From the IMG/VR virus record IMGVR_UViG_3300035115_000017, positions 2,342-66,341 of that record: a stretch of DNA of 64,000 nt. One strand, written 5' to 3'. Numbering within the stretch: the first letter of the stretch is position 1; every line of letters begins with the position of its first letter. Both the position numbers and the translations under genes were made by a program. The notes under the pieces are model-generated. The model ran no database searches and was not told the DNA's origin. It saw nothing but the letters and a program-made list of their open reading frames with translations. Origin of the DNA: a virus. This document shows positions 1 to 8,069 of this stretch, piece after piece.

Positions 1-444
1 GTAGTGCTGAGACGAGTGGTTGCGTTTGCACTTGCTGGGGCGAATGAGGTGCTGACGTTGGATGCAGACGCACCGACGACAACCTCGCTCCGCTTCATCT
101 CCCTGCTCAAGTACTGTCGCTTAGACGCGGACCAACTCGAACTCGCGTGGCAGACGGACAACAAGATCCAAGTCGCGTGGAGGTTCAGGGAGCCACTGAT
201 GACGCCGGAGGGAGTGGGCGTGTCGTCGCTGTCGCCGAGTGCGTCGTTGTCAGGGTCGGTTAGCCCAAGCGGCTCAGCTTCTCCTTCAACCAGTACCTCT
301 CCGAGCTTGAGTTCATCGTTATCAGTTTCGCCATCGTCATCCATCAGTCCGAGCAGTAGCACTTCGCCCTCTCACTCGTCATCCCATTCACCCTCCCCTT
401 CCGCGTCTGTGTCACCCAGTCACAGCGCATCTCCTTCAACTTGA
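1..444 (+). CDS. 3' part of a tail structural protein ending in a Ser/Pro tract (SPSHSASPST)
   Basis: Frame is open from position 1. RFISLLKYCRLDADQLELAW resembles the C-terminus of siphovirus tail structural proteins. About 75 aa of S-P-S repeats precede the stop. Confidence 0.6.
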   Translation, partial: VVLRRVVAFALAGANEVLTLDADAPTTTSLRFISLLKYCRLDADQLELAWQTDNKIQVAWRFREPLMTPEGVGVSSLSPSASLSGSVSPSGSASPSTSTSPSLSSSLSVSPSSSISPSSSTSPSHSSSHSPSPSASVSPSHSASPST

Positions 445-462
445 TACGAAAGGAATCCCCTA

Positions 463-2451
463 ATGGCTATTTCTAAACAAACTGGAATCATTGCAGGTGG
501 AGCGGGAGTGGTAGCAACTGCTTCACTCGCAGCCTTCATGCTCCTATCGTCGAGCGTGATTCACGTTGCACCGGGCGAGGATTTGCAAGCGGCGCTCAAC
601 TCAGCCCCATGTGGGGCGACGATTGAACTCGATGCGGGTGCGAGCTACAACGCGAATCTCACTTTGCCGAAGAAGGATTGTACAGAGTTCACGACGATCC
701 AGTCATCGAAAGCGAGTGACCTAGCTGAAGGAGTGCGCATCGATCCTGCGACGCAAGCTCCACTGCTCGCTACACTCCAGTCCACGGTGAATGCTGAACA
801 GGTGATCAAGACCGCCCTCACCGCACATCACTATAAGTTCATAGGACTGCACGTCAAGACGCAGAGTGAGTCAGTCTTCGTCTACGATCTCGTGAGGTTC
901 GGCAGTGGACGAGACGTACAAACCAGCCCCGATCTCACCGCGCACCATCTCATCCTTGATCGAAGCTGGGTGGAAGGGAACGGTAATCAGGAGACGCAGC
1001 GCGGCGTGACATTGAACTGCGCGGATTGTGGCGTCACCAACTCTGTCGTGAACAACATCAAAGCTCGCGGCATGGACACGCAGGCGGTGTGTGGGTGGAA
1101 TGGGACGTTGCGCGCGTACATCACGAACAACTACCTTGAAGCCGGGGCCGAGATCGTGATGATGGGTGGATCCGATCCCGCGCAGGAGTCGATGATTCCA
1201 AGGTTAGTCGAAGTGAGGCGCAATACGATCCGTCGTCCGCTGGAGTGGAAAGGACAAGGGTATACGATCAAGAATCTGGTTGAGGCGAAGAATGTGATCG
1301 GATTCACGATCGACGGCAATATGATGGAGAATAGCTGGGCAGGCGAGGGACAGGGTGGACCGTGCCTACTCGCCACGGTGAGGAATCAGGATGGCACTGC
1401 GCCTTACTCTACCATTCAGAACTACGTCGTCACGAACAACTTCGTCAAGAATTGCGATGGCGTGTTCAATTTCCTCGGGGGCGATAATGAGAAACCCTCG
1501 CAACGTGGGAGTGCAGCGCTGATTGCGAACAATGTATTCGATAAGATCAATGGTCCATTTATCACAATGAACGGCTTCCTCAGTGTCACCTTTGAGTACA
1601 ACACCGACATCCAATCCTGTTGCAACACGATGACGCTCTACGGAGAACAATCAGCGAACTTCACCTATCGCAACAACGTGAACGACGAGAAACAGTACGG
1701 ATTGTTTGGGGACGGTGGAACAGGTGGACAAGCAGCACTCGACAAGTATGCGCCGGGAGCGGTGGTGACAGGGAACGTAATCGCGCATCCTTACGCACCG
1801 TGGCCGAATGGGAATACGGCGGTTGAGGTGTTGACGATCACGAGTGATTACCGGACGCCGTATGCCGGGACGGGAGCGGATATTGACGCGCTACTGGCTG
1901 CGCAATCTGGAGGTGGAACCAGTCAGCCAAGCCCGACTGCAACTGCAACAGCCACAGTTAATCCGAGTGTGAGTCCGTCTCCGTCAGCATCTCCGACCGC
2001 AACTGTGCCGAATGCAATTCCAAGCGGGAGCAGTGTCGAGATCGTCAGCCCCGCCAATGTACGCAGCGGGCCATCGATCAATACACCGGAGAAGTTCATC
2101 GCGCAAGCTGGAGCACGAGGCACGACTACGGCGGGGTGTCAACAAGACTCAGCCAGTGCGAACATCTACTGTCCACTGACATTCACAGATGCGTCGAATG
2201 GATTCGTGGCGATGCAGTTTTTGCGTGTGTTAAACGCAACACCAACTCCGACAGTTGCGCCAACGAGTACGCCAACTCCAGCCACTCCCACACCTACCGC
2301 GACGCCTGTGCCGAGTACGCCCACGCCAACTCCTCGACCCAGCCCGTCAACGACTCCACTGCCGTTCTGCGCGTCAGGTCAACGACCGGGGAATCCGCCA
2401 GTGTGTAGATGCAGGAATGGAATGCTGGGGAATAGCGGGAAGTGTCGCTAA
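463..2451 (+). CDS. Membrane-anchored or secreted right-handed beta-helix (pectin lyase-like) protein with SH3b-like domain and Pro/Thr linkers
   Basis: N-terminal hydrophobic segment; DLQAALNSA...GATIELDAG start typical of beta-helix enzymes; Asn-ladder repeats; ANVRSGPS SH3b-like motif; PT-rich linkers; Cys-rich tail; SD aagga. Confidence 0.7.
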   Translation: MAISKQTGIIAGGAGVVATASLAAFMLLSSSVIHVAPGEDLQAALNSAPCGATIELDAGASYNANLTLPKKDCTEFTTIQSSKASDLAEGVRIDPATQAPLLATLQSTVNAEQVIKTALTAHHYKFIGLHVKTQSESVFVYDLVRFGSGRDVQTSPDLTAHHLILDRSWVEGNGNQETQRGVTLNCADCGVTNSVVNNIKARGMDTQAVCGWNGTLRAYITNNYLEAGAEIVMMGGSDPAQESMIPRLVEVRRNTIRRPLEWKGQGYTIKNLVEAKNVIGFTIDGNMMENSWAGEGQGGPCLLATVRNQDGTAPYSTIQNYVVTNNFVKNCDGVFNFLGGDNEKPSQRGSAALIANNVFDKINGPFITMNGFLSVTFEYNTDIQSCCNTMTLYGEQSANFTYRNNVNDEKQYGLFGDGGTGGQAALDKYAPGAVVTGNVIAHPYAPWPNGNTAVEVLTITSDYRTPYAGTGADIDALLAAQSGGGTSQPSPTATATATVNPSVSPSPSASPTATVPNAIPSGSSVEIVSPANVRSGPSINTPEKFIAQAGARGTTTAGCQQDSASANIYCPLTFTDASNGFVAMQFLRVLNATPTPTVAPTSTPTPATPTPTATPVPSTPTPTPRPSPSTTPLPFCASGQRPGNPPVCRCRNGMLGNSGKCR

Positions 2452-2502
2452 ATCTCAAGAAAAAGATGACAAACTGGCCCAACTGATAGTAGGATGGTAA
2501 CT

Positions 2503-2976
2503 ATGAAACGCTCCAATCAAACTCGCCACCTTGCAATTCTGCTCACTGTTTCACTAATCGCCTACTCAGGCTATGGATTCGCCTGTTCCGTTTCCGATGT
2601 TAGCCGGGTCAAGAAGAAAGTTGCTGACGCTGCGGCAATCCTGAATACGGCAGCAAAATCCAATCGTTCCCTCTATCAGTCAGGACTATACGGCGCGACG
2701 GGCTCGCCTGAAGCAATTGCCAAGCGCCAGAAGGTTGCTACTGCGATTCATCAAGCGAATGAGTACCTATCGCTTGCTGTCGAACGCGCTGCGAACTTAC
2801 AACCGAGCGATCTCGAAGTTGGCAAGGCAAATATCGTATCATTACTTCAACAGGCAACCTCAGTACTCGCCGCTCTCAATATCGACAATGAAAACATTCG
2901 CGCAGTGATTACCAGCGCAGTCACGGCTATTAACGCCGCCGTGACGCTCACGCTCGCAATTAAAGGAGGCAAGTGA
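2503..2976 (+). CDS. Putative lipoprotein (lysis-module/spanin-like position)
   Basis: Basic N-terminus, hydrophobic stretch, lipobox-like GFAC, then helical Ala-rich body. Confidence 0.55.
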   Translation: MKRSNQTRHLAILLTVSLIAYSGYGFACSVSDVSRVKKKVADAAAILNTAAKSNRSLYQSGLYGATGSPEAIAKRQKVATAIHQANEYLSLAVERAANLQPSDLEVGKANIVSLLQQATSVLAALNIDNENIRAVITSAVTAINAAVTLTLAIKGGK

Positions 2977-3155
2977 TGGCTGCGACACTAATTGGAATCA
3001 TCGGCGCGATCAACACCCTGACCCCACTGGCAACGCAGTTGATTAATCAGTTGCGGCAGACTGGCGAGACAGACGAACAGGTGATTGCGAGAGCGCGCGC
3101 ACTAGCTGCTGAGACGAAGAAGATCACTGAAGAAGACATGGGTAATCAAGCGTAG
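2973..3155 (+). CDS. Small hypothetical protein with hydrophobic N-terminus
   Basis: SD ggagg; overlaps upstream stop. Confidence 0.6.
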   Translation: MMAATLIGIIGAINTLTPLATQLINQLRQTGETDEQVIARARALAAETKKITEEDMGNQA

Positions 3156-3257
3156 AATTGACAATGCGGCATCGATTCGAGGGATCGCTTGTTCACTGGA
3201 ATAGACAGTCGATTGTTCGGGGGACTTCGATGCCGCAGGATTCTTGATGAGGTGAAC

Positions 3258-3479
3258 ATGAGCCAGCAATCAATCCAGCTCCCAACCAGCACGGCACAGC
3301 TTGGCGATCAGCTCTTTCGACACCTGCGATTCGTCATCGACTTCGACGTGAACCACCCCGGCCCGGCAGCGGCGTTCCCCGAGTTTCTGGCGACGTTCGA
3401 CAAGGAGGCTGAAGCGCAGAGACTGTTGGACCTCGCGACGGCGTTGGACAGTGGAGTGAAGACGTTGCAATTCGCCTGA
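3258..3479 (+). CDS. Hypothetical protein
   Basis: ATG at 3258 follows SD gaggtg; 3' part of track ORF 3189..3479. Confidence 0.55.
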   Translation: MSQQSIQLPTSTAQLGDQLFRHLRFVIDFDVNHPGPAAAFPEFLATFDKEAEAQRLLDLATALDSGVKTLQFA

Positions 3480-3499
3480 GATAGCAAAGGAAGACTCGC

Positions 3500-3883
3500 A
3501 TGGCCGATGACGGCAACCGACAAGTGATGATCGCACTCAGTCTTAGTGAGACGCAGTTCAATGCACTGGACGAGAAGCTCAGCGGGATTGACGGCGCGAT
3601 CAACAAGCTCGCTGAGGGTATCTCCGAACCGGATACAAGCGTCGCGGCTGAGATCTCCTTGTTGAGAAATGAAGTCGGGATGCGGTTCACTGCGCTGAAT
3701 GAATCCATCATCACCATGTCCGAGAACCTCGGCAAGTGGCTGGCGGCGATTGCGCTTGCTGCTGCGAACCCGAACGACAACACGGCGGAAGTACAACGCC
3801 ACATAGACGAAGTCGCGAGTACGATTAGGACCACTCGTGAGAAACTGCAAACATCCATAGACAATCAAACTAAAGGAGACTGA
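3500..3883 (+). CDS. Hypothetical coiled-coil protein
   Basis: SD aagga; operon-like packing. Confidence 0.6.
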   Translation: MADDGNRQVMIALSLSETQFNALDEKLSGIDGAINKLAEGISEPDTSVAAEISLLRNEVGMRFTALNESIITMSENLGKWLAAIALAAANPNDNTAEVQRHIDEVASTIRTTREKLQTSIDNQTKGD

Positions 3884-3884
3884 T

Positions 3885-4115
3885 ATGCCTGCGAATTTCG
3901 ACACGCTTGATACCGAGGTTGGTGAACTCACCACAGTTGCAGACTCTGCCGCTGCATTCATGGACGGCTTTGACCAGCGGTTACAGGACGCTATCGCCGC
4001 TGACAATCTCAGTGACAATTCCAACGTCGCTCGGCTATCTGCTGAGTTTAGTGCGATTAAGACAAAGCTGGCTGATGCCGTGACACGTAATACGCCCGCT
4101 GCGCCGACTGCGTAG
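3885..4115 (+). CDS. Hypothetical helical protein
   Basis: SD aaggag; tight packing. Confidence 0.65.
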   Translation: MPANFDTLDTEVGELTTVADSAAAFMDGFDQRLQDAIAADNLSDNSNVARLSAEFSAIKTKLADAVTRNTPAAPTA

Positions 4116-4146
4116 GTATTAAGTTAGAAAGCCGTGCATCTAGTGA

Positions 4147-4593
4147 ATGGCCCTAGACAACGACAATCGAGACAACCGCGACTGGCGACCCGTTCCCGAT
4201 CCTACGCTACTGACTACGGCAGCGCTGGATCGGGAGATCGCACATCTCAAGGAGCTGACTTCCAGAGACCAGCAGTCGCAGCAGAAGGCACTCGAAGTAG
4301 CGCTCGTGCAGATGGATCGGCGGCTGGACGAGTTAAACGAGCTGCGCAAAGCGGTGGAGAAGGATCGGATTGAGTTTGTTCGAGTTGATGTTTACCGACC
4401 AGCCCATGAGGAGTTGCGTAGCCAGCGCCAGTCGGACAGGGAAGGACTCGTCGCAATGGCTGCGGACATCAAGACGAACGCAACCGATCTCGCTGAGTTG
4501 AAGTCGTCAATGATGTGGTTGTCGAGGCTGGTGATTGGGGCGTTGATTCTCGCGATCATCACTTACGCATTTCAGAAGCTGGTAGTGAGATGA
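4147..4593 (+). CDS. Coiled-coil protein with C-terminal transmembrane helix (holin/hemolysin XhlA-like)
   Basis: Coiled coil followed by WLSRLVIGALILAIITYAF. Confidence 0.55.
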   Translation: MALDNDNRDNRDWRPVPDPTLLTTAALDREIAHLKELTSRDQQSQQKALEVALVQMDRRLDELNELRKAVEKDRIEFVRVDVYRPAHEELRSQRQSDREGLVAMAADIKTNATDLAELKSSMMWLSRLVIGALILAIITYAFQKLVVR

Positions 4594-4748
4594 CCGACAA
4601 GGAAAAAGCTGAAGCAGCGGTGAACGCCTACTCGGACTTGCGAAACACCGCACTGGGCCGAGCGCTGATAATCGATATCGCTCTCCTTCTCAAACGCGAG
4701 CGGGAGGAGTTACTGGAGGCGTTAAAGGCAGTCATTGAAAAGAGATGA
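4590..4748 (+). CDS. Small hypothetical protein
   Basis: ATGA overlap with the upstream stop. Confidence 0.45.
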   Translation: MTDKEKAEAAVNAYSDLRNTALGRALIIDIALLLKREREELLEALKAVIEKR

Positions 4749-4855
4749 GTTCACGCACACCCCCACATGAATCGCAACCGTGATAAGTTAGTGAGATCCC
4801 GGTGTTACAAGGGAGAGCGTACTACGATCTAATCAAAAGGGAGACAAGAGTAAAA

Positions 4856-5011
4856 ATGTCAAGTAATCGCCCAGACCAGAAACCAGTTGATGCACCGCCG
4901 AGTGAGACTCCGGTGCAACCACAGAAGCCCGGCCAGCCACCTGTTAAGCCGCAGGGTGACGTAGACTCGCCCGGTAAGAATCCACCACCGCCACCGCAAC
5001 CCGGAGGATAA
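4856..5011 (+). CDS. Small proline-rich peptide
   Basis: ATG 4856; MSSNRPDQKP...PPPPPQPGG; next gene starts 3 nt after the stop. Confidence 0.5.
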   Translation: MSSNRPDQKPVDAPPSETPVQPQKPGQPPVKPQGDVDSPGKNPPPPPQPGG

Positions 5012-5014
5012 AGC

Positions 5015-5491
5015 ATGGTCGTCGCTGAGCACCACATCAGCCCGCCCGCAGAACGCGAAGTATGGCCCGTCAAGGCGCGTAAGTATGGCGTGGACGATCG
5101 CTCGCCGTGGTGGCAGAGGTGGTTCTTTACCTACGCCTACCTGCCCTTCCTGCGCTTCTCATTCAAGTACATGAAGATCCCCGCGATGAAGGAAGTGACG
5201 ATCGACGGTAAGAAGATCGTCTTTTCATGGTGGGAAGATCAAGGAGTGTTTGAGACGAGGGAACAGGCGGAGGCTGCCTGTCTTGGTCCAATGTGGTCCT
5301 ATAAGAAGTTGCCGTTGAATCGCCTACTCGCCAAGGAATCCTCACATTACAACGGCGGTGATGTCTACCCGCGCGCCGGAAAGCCCGAACGCTACATACA
5401 GCCTTCATTTGAAGTAATGACACCACGCTCGTTAAGTAACGAAATCAACAAGGGGATTAAGAAGCTCAGTAGGATCTTGGATGATGAGTAG
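5015..5491 (+). CDS. Hypothetical protein
   Basis: SD ggagg; 158-aa ORF. Confidence 0.65.
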   Translation: MVVAEHHISPPAEREVWPVKARKYGVDDRSPWWQRWFFTYAYLPFLRFSFKYMKIPAMKEVTIDGKKIVFSWWEDQGVFETREQAEAACLGPMWSYKKLPLNRLLAKESSHYNGGDVYPRAGKPERYIQPSFEVMTPRSLSNEINKGIKKLSRILDDE

Positions 5492-5497
5492 GAAACG

Positions 5498-5956
5498 ATG
5501 CAGGATTCCATCCCCACTCCTCACGGCTGGCAACTGGTCTACTTAGCCATTGCAAGTATCGTTACATCCACCGGAACCTTAATTGTTGACAGACTTATCA
5601 AACGCAAGCGCGAACCTGCGGAGATCCGGAAGATTGAAGCGGAGACGGAAGCTGCGCGAATTACCGCCGACATCTCCCCGGTAGGGATTACACTGGAGAC
5701 GCTCAGGGAAATTCAAGTTGTCATTCAAAAGGCTGAGGATCGTCGTCAAGAGTGGCTGTTGAAAGAAGAACAGATGAGAATGCAGATCGTCTTCTGGCGT
5801 AATAAAGCCGAGGAGTTAGACGGTGAACTTGCCGACTCACGACAGGCAAATCAGTTGTACGACATCCGCTTAAAGCACCACGAGAATCAGCAGAAGAAGT
5901 TGAAGGCATTGCTGGATTTGAAGGGGATTAGTTACAGCGAAGCCGATCACTTGTAG
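5498..5956 (+). CDS. N-terminal TM plus coiled-coil protein (holin or i-spanin-like)
   Basis: WQLVYLAIASIVTSTGTLIV then long coiled coil; last gene of the + operon. Confidence 0.55.
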   Translation: MQDSIPTPHGWQLVYLAIASIVTSTGTLIVDRLIKRKREPAEIRKIEAETEAARITADISPVGITLETLREIQVVIQKAEDRRQEWLLKEEQMRMQIVFWRNKAEELDGELADSRQANQLYDIRLKHHENQQKKLKALLDLKGISYSEADHL

Positions 5957-5961
5957 CAAGC

Positions 5962-5988
5962 AAAAGAGACGCCTCACGACGCCTCTCT
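5962..5988 (-). terminator. Intrinsic terminator at the convergence of late and early transcripts
   Basis: Minus strand AGAGGCGTC-GTGA-GGCGTCTCT followed by TTTG. Confidence 0.55.
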
Positions 5989-6053
5989 CACCTTAGCTAA
6001 GTGTTAGATATTTGCCGCCCTAGCGGCGTTAGCGGATGGCCTATTGTAGCAGG

Positions 6054-6155
6054 TTATCGCTTTCGCAACCAGAGAAGTATATCGAAGATCGCAACCCCGC
6101 CCAACGCGCCCACTGTAGCCATTCCGAGAATTTTCAAGAAGTCTATCAACGTCAT
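6054..6155 (-). CDS. 33-aa single-pass membrane peptide
   Basis: MTLIDFLKILGMATVGALGGVAIFDILLWLRKR; below the ORF-track cutoff. Confidence 0.4.
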   Translation of the reverse strand: MTLIDFLKILGMATVGALGGVAIFDILLWLRKR

Positions 6156-6162
6156 AGTCTTT

Positions 6163-7302
6163 TTACCGTGTCACCGCAAACACTCTTGCTGCGTCTGGCT
6201 TCAGTGGCTTGTCCTCCGGCCCTTTGATAAAAGGATGAATCCAGATCAGCTTAACTCCATCGTTCGTCGGCTGATTACGCCAGTGACCGCGCACGGCCCA
6301 TTGCCACGCCCAGTCAACGTGCTTCGATTCTTCGTCTACCGTAGTCCGCACGTACTGCTTGCTACGCAATTCCACCACGAGACATTTAGGATCGATCTCC
6401 TGCCGTTCCAGTCGTCGGCGCGCGCCTCGGTCCAGTGGAGCCTGCGACGCGGTGACGATCTTCTGCTGCAACCACAGACACCCACAGGCGAATAATTGAA
6501 GCGCCGCCCGGGAGGCAATGGTCCATTCGTCGAGACGTTCTTTGTATGCAGCGGTAAAGCGTTCGGTTTGCTGCTCGTCTAATCGTTTCTTCGCTGCGTA
6601 TACATCGATGTCGTGATCGTACTTCGACACGTCGTAGTCGTGCTCTTTTCCGATCTGCTCGCTTAAAGCTGCCACTTCCTCGTGTTTCTTCTTAGCTACG
6701 GCTGCGACGCTGATCAGTTCATCCGCTAAGGATTCAACTTTCTTGGACAGTCCAATAGCAATCTCACGCAAAACTAAATCAGGCATTTGCGTTAGCTCGG
6801 ACTCAATCGTACCCGCTCGTGCAATTGCATCAGTAAGATTCTCGCCTTCGTCCCATGTTAGCGAGCCGAGTGGATACTGATCACGTCCAATAACATGGAA
6901 CGTCTCAACTGAAACCGAGCCATTCGGATGCATGTTCCACAGCAGGGCGTTGACGTATTTCCGCTCGCCTGATTTGCTCACCCCAATCAGTGGCGAGGAT
7001 CGACCAAACCACCAGTAGCCAGCCTTGCCACGCAGCCATGAGAGATCGAGATTTACCGTGCCCGGCAACTGTTGTCCAGTGGCTAGGACAAGCTGCGTGA
7101 TACGCGGGTCCCAGAAGTAGGGATCGGCATCCTCCAGTACGGAGATGTCGTGATTGTACAGCACTCCTTTGACTAGGTTAGGCGTGGCAACTTCCTGCAC
7201 CGATTTGTTGTGCCGCACCAGATCGATGAGTAGCTTGCGCTTGCGTACCAGATCCAGTTGCAGTTGATGCTTAGCTTCGATGGCTTCGTCGTAAAAGTTC
7301 AT
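6163..7302 (-). CDS. Phage hypothetical protein with C-terminal VRGHWR motif
   Basis: 379 aa; SD ggagg; WAVRGHWRNQ...IWIHPFIKG motif common in phage proteins of unknown function. Confidence 0.75.
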   Translation of the reverse strand: MNFYDEAIEAKHQLQLDLVRKRKLLIDLVRHNKSVQEVATPNLVKGVLYNHDISVLEDADPYFWDPRITQLVLATGQQLPGTVNLDLSWLRGKAGYWWFGRSSPLIGVSKSGERKYVNALLWNMHPNGSVSVETFHVIGRDQYPLGSLTWDEGENLTDAIARAGTIESELTQMPDLVLREIAIGLSKKVESLADELISVAAVAKKKHEEVAALSEQIGKEHDYDVSKYDHDIDVYAAKKRLDEQQTERFTAAYKERLDEWTIASRAALQLFACGCLWLQQKIVTASQAPLDRGARRRLERQEIDPKCLVVELRSKQYVRTTVDEESKHVDWAWQWAVRGHWRNQPTNDGVKLIWIHPFIKGPEDKPLKPDAARVFAVTR

Positions 7303-7463
7303 GCGACTTCCTCCGACAAGAAAGACGCCACTTGCGCAGCGCCTCCCCTGCTCTCTTTTCTCAAATGAACACTAATATCCAGTTAGTTATCCGTTAACTG
7401 AATACCAGTGAATCATTAACCTTTTCTACGTGATTTCCTTTATCCTCCTTTCAATTTGGATTA

Positions 7464-7760
7464 TTAAACATCCCTCTGTCTGGTATCTCTACCTGTCAAC
7501 TTATTGAACTTTTCAACCGCGCCGAAGATAGCGTCCTCTGGCGTAGCAGCCCGAAACGCAGTCGGGTAATCGTTGATTGAGTGATCCTCGAACCACTCGT
7601 CGTCCTCTTTAGAGCAATCAAACATTGCCGCCCACGGCATTTTGCTCCCCGCGGGGCCAAGACATTCCAGTCTAAGAAAGTTATACGGGCCATCGTCTAT
7701 TTCATCGCTCTCATGTATGTCCGCTGCTGCTATAAACGCTTCGTCGAGTCTACTCATCAC
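7464..7760 (-). CDS. Hypothetical protein
   Basis: SD ggag; overlaps upstream stop. Confidence 0.55.
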   Translation of the reverse strand: MMSRLDEAFIAAADIHESDEIDDGPYNFLRLECLGPAGSKMPWAAMFDCSKEDDEWFEDHSINDYPTAFRAATPEDAIFGAVEKFNKLTGRDTRQRDV

Positions 7761-8058
7761 TTCTCCTTCCCGTAATCCGGCTGCGTGCGTGCGTTGGCTA
7801 TCGTCTCAAAGATGTCGTACAGCGACGTATCAGGCTCGATTTCTTCCTTCTCTGCCACTGCGATCACCGCCGCTCGTGCAGCTTGGCAGTAGGCTGATGA
7901 TGGATCAAGTGTGTCGCACTGGCCGTCCTCGTAAGTGCGCCAGATCGCATCCCGCAACGGCTTGGGAACTATGAACCAATGAACCAATGCTTGCGACAAG
8001 CGAACATTTCAGGCGGTACGAAGATGTTGCAGTTAGTCATATGACAGTGATGGGCCAT
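7757..8058 (-). pseudogene. Zn-binding phage protein frameshifted by an 8-bp tandem duplication
   Basis: SD aggag, ATG 8058 gives MAHHCHMTNC...CRKHWF then a stop. Removing one ATGAACCA copy (7971-7986) restores a 97-aa ORF. Confidence 0.6.
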
Positions 8059-8069
8059 TTCAAGTCTCC

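Noticed and set aside
3308-4024. 238-aa and 176-aa minus-strand ORFs
   Set aside because: Antisense to well-supported + genes with SD sequences
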